Shown: positions 56,806-64,000 of the stretch, piece by piece
Layout of the letters: every line of letters begins with the position of its first letter
How positions within the stretch are numbered: position 1 is the stretch's first letter
Notes under the pieces: generated by a model
What the model was told of the DNA's origin: nothing
Seen by the model: only the letters and a program-made list of their open reading frames with translations
Databases searched by the model: none
Program-made: the position numbers and the translations under genes
NCBI GenBank assembly: GCA_964016885.1
Contig: OZ024748.1
Coordinates: 2,232,001 to 2,296,000 of the forward strand
Length of the DNA: 64,000 nt
Direction: 5' to 3'
Source of the DNA: Eledone cirrhosa
Taxonomy: Eukaryota

Positions 56806-57444
56806 GGGTAGAAAGAGGGGGAGGGAGAGAGACTGTATGTGAAAGACAGATAGATATCACCATAGTAACTAACTAACTAACAGCAAATGACACTTTCCCA
56901 CAGATACTCCAAGCTTGTTGTCAACCATTGTTGCCAGTTTGCGTGTTCGTTACTCAAGACATCGTTCGTCAACCAAGACATTTTAATGTTCGGAAAAAAA
57001 AATTGCTCATGAACCGATTTGTTCCTGATGAGAAACGTTCGTGACCCGAGGTTCCATGATATAAGACTCTACTTTTACTTTGTCAAACTTGCAGCTAGTA
57101 TCGTTTTCCTTTTTGTAGGCGTTCGGTTGCAGCAAGTTTGTTTGTGAAAGGATTGAATTTAAACATTCAATCCTTTTGTGTTGTTGTTGTTCTTCTTTAA
57201 AATGAAATTCTATCAGATTGTTTAGACTGTATTTGTTTATTCGTTTATTTCATTGTTGTTGTTGTTGTTAGAAAGATAGCAATGGTTATCATTGACAATA
57301 GATCTCAAAATAAGAAAATTAAAACATCTCATCTGATTTACCAGGTTTTGCGGCCTCTGTGTGTGTGTTTGTGTGTGTATCATTTTTCATCTACTTTCCA
57401 TGCTGGCGTGATTTGAACTATCCATCTCTCTCTCTCCCTCTCTC

Positions 57445-57527
<83 letters not shown>

Positions 57528-59435
57528 CTGTCTATTTCTCTCTATATATATCTATCTATCTATCTATTCAATTAGAGAAAGTTGGTTGATTGGAAATCTG
57601 CTGACTTTTAAATAACAGATGTCAAGCACTCAACAGTTTATGTTAATCCAGAGTTTTATTATAATAATAAACAAGTAAGACGGTTATGTTAGTCCATCCC
57701 AATATATATTCATTTATATTAAGACTAAAAAGTGAGTCTTGTTACTCTGGAGTTTCACCTGTTTATCAGAGGGTCATCACACATGTATTAGTCTGGTACT
57801 TTATTTCAGTGTCCTCAGAAAGATGGAAAGCAAATTTGACCTCGACAAAATTCGAACTCAGAATGTAAAGAGCCAGGACAAATACTGCTAAACCATTGTC
57901 CTGTATTATAACAACTCAACCAATCTATCATCCTCTTAATTAACAAATGATATCAATAATGATAATACTCTAGCAATTATAATATTAAACAAAAGATATA
58001 CAATAGCTGGTCACAGCACGGCATATGAATGAAGGCCTTTTAGAAAAAAGCTTCATAAGTAGACCACCATTGAAAACTAGACTAGTTGTAGATTGACAAA
58101 ATGAAATTGAAGTGTTAAATTCAATGTCCTCTCTCACCCAGTTGTCCCATGGTTTGGTTGAGAGAAAAAATAACCTATTAGTTATTAAGTAGAGTAAGTA
58201 TAAGCCTATTGCATGCAATTGCTAGCATTGTTTAATAAACAAAGTATCAGCAGCTGTAATAGAACAAAGGATGTAGATATAGAGTTGCAAAGAAAACAGT
58301 AGTGGGTTGTTCAATAAATCAAGTAGACATAACTTTTGTTTTCTGGATGTAAGTAGAGTCCGTTGTTTTCTCACGAGATGAGACATTACTAGCATTGATC
58401 CAGTTGTTTGACCAGCTAAAATTAGCAGCTAAACCTCCCTTAAATATACTCTATCATCTAGAGAAGGAAAAGGGAAGAACATAGATAATGTACCTTTATA
58501 ACCAGAAACATCACTAAGGGAAGCCAAATGTGTGGGGGTGGGATTTACTCCGTGCAACACTTTTGGTCACCCTTCATAGCAGACCAGTCATTCTCCCCAT
58601 CCGAAAGGGGAAATCTCCCACGAACTTTGGGGTGAGGGAGAGATGTCTTCTCTTGAGAAAATGGGTATAGCTTTCTTTATGTAAAATCTCCCCATTTTGC
58701 CTCATTTCTCCCTATTTTGGGGCACTTCTTTTCATGGTATTACCCGTTTGGGTTTTTAGAGGTTGGCAGGTCTGTGATGGCATTGGGTTGTGTGGGTGCA
58801 TAGAGGACAAAGTTAAGGGCTGCTCCAGATGGCCTAAACACTAATTCTACCATTGATCCTAACTATACTTACTATATCAGAAAAGTAAACAGAATGGTCA
58901 TGGCTGGAGTGTCTTTATTCATAGGTCTACTTAATCAGGGTTAACCTAGGAACTAAAGAACAACAACAATGATATTCGTTATTGACTTAATGACTTTTTA
59001 CATTGCAAGTGTTTAATTAAATATGCATTTGTCTAATTATCATATAGATTATATCTGTGAGAAATGTAATCAGTCAGTATACAAACAGCTTGCCATGAGC
59101 TGTGATCAACAGCTCAACACTAATCCATTTGTTACAATATCTTTAATTAAATATACTTCCCATGTTTCAATATATTTTGAAAATGATGAAGAATTTGGAG
59201 GGATTTAGTAAAATAATCTTTTCTTTTTATTATTAAACTGATGTTTAGGGTGATGGATTGGTAGAGTGTTTGATAGCATGCTTTGTGGTATAGAGTTACG
59301 TGCTTTTACATCCTGAGGTTAAATCCTGCCAAGGTTAGCTTTGCTTTTCATCCTTACTGGGTCGATAAAATGAAGTACCAGTAACACACTGAGGTCGATT
59401 TGATCAACTTTCCCCCTCCTCCCAAAATTGTTGGC

Positions 59436-59514
<79 letters not shown>

Positions 59515-59520
<6 letters not shown>

Positions 59521-60094
59521 TAAAATAACAGATTAAAGTTTAAGCAAAGAATCGCTGCTTTCACCCTTAACGGGATCTTCTGAAACTAACAAAGTCTATC
59601 TGTAAACGCAGAACTGGATATTTCAAAAAACGTTGCAACCGGAGGAAGACAGGAAGACGATACTTTGGTTCATGGAAACGTTCGCTGGTAAAGAACGGGA
59701 AAAAACGAATAATACGTCATTAATAGGAGCGGTGAAAAACAATTACGCGCAAAGACAGAACCACGTTTATGGTATAAAAGAGGTCATTGACTAATGTTCT
59801 CTTAGGTGGTGCATAGAGACGTTCTCTGGCAATGAACGAAAAAACGAAGATAATACGTCATATGTGGAGCGTGGAGAACAATAGCACGCAAAGACACGAC
59901 CACGTAAATGGTATAGCAGAAGTCGTAGACTTTTTTAGTTTCAGAAGATCCCGTTAATGGTGAAAGCAGCGATTCTTTGATTAAACTTTAATCTGTTATT
60001 TTAATAAATATTTGCTCTACGGTTCTTATATATTTGATATATATTTATCCTTATCGAGCCCTCTTTGCATTTTAGTCTTCAAATTTATTATTAT

Positions 60095-60098
<4 letters not shown>
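59515..60098. mobile_element. Family H element: inverted HHR-bearing arms (59515-59589 and 59935-60010) around an internally duplicated spacer
   Basis: Minus 59537-59587 reads agttt CAGAAGA t-ccc-gttaa-ggg-t GAAA gca...tg CUU^ aaact; spacer has an about 140-bp-period direct repeat. Confidence 0.8.
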
Positions 60099-60134
<36 letters not shown>

Positions 60135-60137
<3 letters not shown>

Positions 60138-60290
60138 ATGGGCTTCTGCAGTTACCATCTACTAAATTTCATCCACAAGGCATTAGTCAAACCAAGGCTA
60201 TATTAGAAGACACTTGCTCAAGGTAGCACACAGTAGGACTGAACTAACTGGATGTGAAGTAAACTCCTTAACCACTCAACCATGTCTACA
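60135..60290 (-). mobile_element. tRNA-derived SINE (third family; plus-strand copy about 60950-61095)
   Basis: ccaaggctatattagaagacacttgctcaagg...gactgaac...ttaaccact motif. Confidence 0.65.
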
Positions 60291-61429
60291 CCTATGAGAT
60301 TTTCAGGCAATAATCTTGACATCTTGTAACAAACAATAAGTGGAGGATGGTTAGACAAGATGTCTGAATGGTGGTGTTGATCATCTGGAAATGTAACACA
60401 TTTCTCCAACTAAATTAAAGAATATCAACAAAAGAGTACAATCTGAAACAATAATCCATTATTCTAACTAAAACAGATTCTTTTTCTTGCCTTTAGAATT
60501 GTAAATGTTTCCATAGTACTTTCTGTATATCTTTTACAGTATCATTTTCTATTGACAAAATTGCCAGAATATTTAATGTCTCAGATTATATTTGCATCTT
60601 GCAATGTAAATATATCTTGATATGCTTTATTTTATTAATGCTTCTCTCTCTCTCTCTCTCCTGTGGTCACAGTTGTGGGGTATCACAAGCATTATTTCTT
60701 AATGCAACCTTGATATGGCATGACATCCTGTTAACTTACAGCTGTTGATGAATCGTAATAACTTCTGTTGGAAGCTTTATATCTCCAGGAAATCATTTTA
60801 GTGCAGTCAAGGTCACATCTGTTACTATCACATTAATTTATCCTCCAAATCCTGACATGCTAATCACAGTTTATTTTTATCTAGAAAATCTTTTTATTAA
60901 TGAAGAATGCCTGCATCTTATAACTTTATAACCATGCAAATCTCTCAGATATGGCTGTCTGCTTAAGGACTTTACTTCACAACTACATTGGTCTGGGTTG
61001 AATACCACTACATGTCACTTTGAGCAAATATCTTCTTATATAATCACATGCCTTGTGAATGAAATTTGGTAGACAGAAACTTTTCACAAGCCCACTCTGT
61101 GTGTGTGTGTGTCTGTTTATGTCCTGGAATTTACTGGTTTAAAAAAAAAATGTATAAAAGTACCAAACTTTAAAAAAAGATTACTGGAGTCAATATGATC
61201 AACTAAAACTTTTTAGAGAGTACTCCAGCATGGCCACAGCCTTATGACTGAAACCAGATAAAGAACATAATATCAAGTATTACACTGAACAAATGTATTT
61301 TTCTTAATCTTCTTTCTAAGTAATCTGTATTTGGAACTACATCAATACACTCATATTCCAACTGACATTATAGTTGACGGTGTTTTGATAGCTTTTCAAA
61401 TTATATTTTGTTGCCAAAGTTATATTTAA

Positions 61430-61642
61430 CCCTTTAGCATTCAAACCGGCCATATCCGGCCAGAATTCTCTCACCTCTTTCTGTTCAAACCAGCTATAAC
61501 TGGCTGCTCATACCTACATTAAGGTATTGTTCTCAAAATAAATAACATCAAAATCTCATAGATTTGATATTACATAGATAATTATGTAAAATTCACTGTG
61601 AACATACAATAGTAAATATAGAGTAATGCAAATGGTAAAGGG
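61430..61642. mobile_element. piggyBac-type MITE
   Basis: TTAA|ccctttagcat...atggtaaaggg|TTAA. Confidence 0.82.
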
Positions 61643-61644
61643 TT

Positions 61645-61862
61645 AAAACTTCAACAGTTACTATGCACTTACTATACACTTACACTTCAACACTTACAGT
61701 ACACTTACAATACACTTACACCTACTATTCACTTACACTTCAACAGTCACAATACACTTCAACAGTCACAATACACTTACACTTCAACAGTCACAATACA
61801 CTTACACTTCAACAGTCACAATACACTTAGTTAGACTTCAACAGTTACAATACACTTACACA
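61645..61862. repeat. Degenerate acacttac/ttcaacagtcacaat tandem repeat
   Basis: Repeated units of about 19-26 bp. Confidence 0.8.
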
Positions 61863-63233
61863 GCCGAGTGAAGGGATTTGATGAAACATTATTTCACTAT
61901 TAGGGTCGGTGGATTGGTAGGGGTGGTGGATTGGTAGGGGCGGTGGATTGGCAGTATCGGTAGAGGGTCAGACGCCATGCTTTGCCGCATAGAGTTACAG
62001 CCCTTGCCATTCTGAGTTCAATTTCCGCTGAGGTTAACTTTGCCTTTCATCCTTACAGGGTCGATAAAATAAAGTACCAGTAATGCACTGGGTCATTGCT
62101 GGCCTTGTGCCAAAAGTAGAAACTATTATTTTTGTATTAGATATAATGTTATCTAATGTTCTTTCATGTGGTTAGAATGTCTCAGGAAAGAATTGCTGGA
62201 CAGATTTTATGGACAAAACCAACCAGTAAAAGACCCGGGAGTAGACCCCGAGCAAGATGGTTGGATAACATCCATGAGTTTGGCTGTTCATGTTTGGGGA
62301 TCCAGCTGGATCAGTTGGAGGTGGTTGTTTCTTCTGACAGGACCCGCTGGAAGAAGTGTTTCATGACTCTCCCCCACGACCCTCTCAGGAATAAGTGGAT
62401 AAAGGAGATATAGTGTTACCTAATGTCCTTTCAAAAATGGAGTAAAGTGATTTAAAGAAACATTATTTCAAAACTGGACATATTATTACCCACTATTTCT
62501 TTGAAAGTAGTGAAAGAATTTAAAGAACTGTTATTTCAATAGCAGACATTATCTAATGTTCCTTTGAAAATAGAGTGAAGTGATTTGAAGAAAGATAAAT
62601 GCAATATCAGACATATCCAGTATATAAAAATTTATTATCTCAAAACCAGAGTGTTCAAGTAAAAATAATACCTTGATGTCTTGTAGCGACATCTTTACGG
62701 GTGGACAGGTACACTTGTTCACACTGTAAACCAATTTTTTTTCTAATTAAATGACTAAAATGTTATGTAAATAAAAAACAGAAAAGGAAGGGAAAAGCAA
62801 GGGCTCTAGTGTTACAGAAAAATGGTGGGCAGGGAGAGAGGTGGATTTGGACCCTGGGCCTAGGGCACAGGGGTAATGAAGCTGCGCCCTGCGGACAGAA
62901 CCGCAAAAGCATTCCCGTAAACAATAGCCAGTGACACTTGACGTTCACTTTTGGCTCTAGGAAATATTTCAGTCACACCCAGGTAACTGCTACTGCTAGC
63001 TGGCTAAACTTAGTGGAGTGTGGTCTGGACACTTGGAGTGGAGTGTGGATTGGACACTTGGAGTGGAGATAGGTACTGCCAGGCAATTCTAAAACTCAGC
63101 AAAATGTCATGATATATGAGACAGAGTGAAATGTTTAGAGCAGCACTCCCACTATTGGCTGCATCAGTTACAGGGATTTGATTGACTGATTGGTTAGTCT
63201 GATGATTGATGTGGTGATTCTTAAATTACTTAA

Positions 63234-63503
63234 CCCTTTAGCATTTAAACTGGCTGTATCCAGCCAGAATTCTCTCATCTTTTTCTGTCCAAACCAGCTG
63301 TAACTAACCACTGATATTGATGTTAAGGTATTGTTCTCAAAATAAATAATATCAAAATCTCATAGATTTGATATTTGTGAGATAATTCATCATCATCATC
63401 ATCATTTAACGTCCATCTTCCACGCTAGCATGGGTTAGACAGTAAGTATGTGAGGTAAAGCCTTTACTGTGAAAATACAATAGTAAATATAGAGTAATGT
63501 AAA
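63234..63503. mobile_element. piggyBac-type MITE interrupted by a (CAT)n-tailed SINE end
   Basis: Same family as 3873 and 61430; insert at about 63385-63445. Confidence 0.75.
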
Positions 63504-64000
63504 AGGACAGTCAAATAAACATTTATACTTCATAACAATTATGAAATAGTTTCCTTAACATTTCAGCAATCTGTTGCCTGGGCTAATGTTTTACACAGCG
63601 AGTGGGTGTTGTGATGATTGAAGATGGATAAATCACTAAATTAAATAAAATTCTGTTGATTATTTTTTTTTTTATAACCATAATCCTATTATAATCTTAT
63701 TGTATATATTCATCATCACCGGCCTCATAATCATCATCCTGTTAATTTATGACTATTGATAAATTGTAACAGCTTCTATTAGAAGATTTATATCTCCAGG
63801 AAATAAGTCTTTTACAATATGTCTGCTTTCCATCCTATTTTGTTTCCTCGTTATCTCTTTCTTGACTGAATCGCTAATGAAATACACTTTATTTCAATTT
63901 ATTAATGAAGAATTTTGAGGGATTTACTAAAATTACTAATTATTTAATTAGAAAAATATTACTTAATGTAATCTTCCTATATAAAATTATGTTGGAAGAT

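Overview
AT-rich, repeat-saturated animal genomic DNA, most likely octopus/coleoid cephalopod (inferred from SINE types and (TA)n load). Almost every ORF in the supplied track is a microsatellite artefact. Real content: tRNA-derived SINEs of at least three types, RTE and Tx1/L1-type LINE fragments, piggyBac-, Tc1/mariner- and hAT-type MITEs, several minisatellites, and four small candidate exons that splice in frame into a plausible protein C-terminus. The main finding is a dense set of short elements embedded in (TA)n tracts that carry type I hammerhead ribozyme (HHR) folds. I count about 8 sequence families, about 15 complete or near-complete folds, and about 10 further half-copies. They have palindromic stem III loops and covarying stems, and many are fold-back (inverted) duplications, the architecture expected of Penelope-like element pseudo-LTR relics or non-autonomous derivatives. 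The most abundant family has a non-canonical U3:A8 core (UUGANAA), and most of its copies fold back inside ribozyme stem II. A separate ~610-bp RTE-like non-autonomous element starts with an HDV-like pseudoknot topology. All folds were paired by eye; no activity or database match was verified, and most repeat boundaries are approximate.
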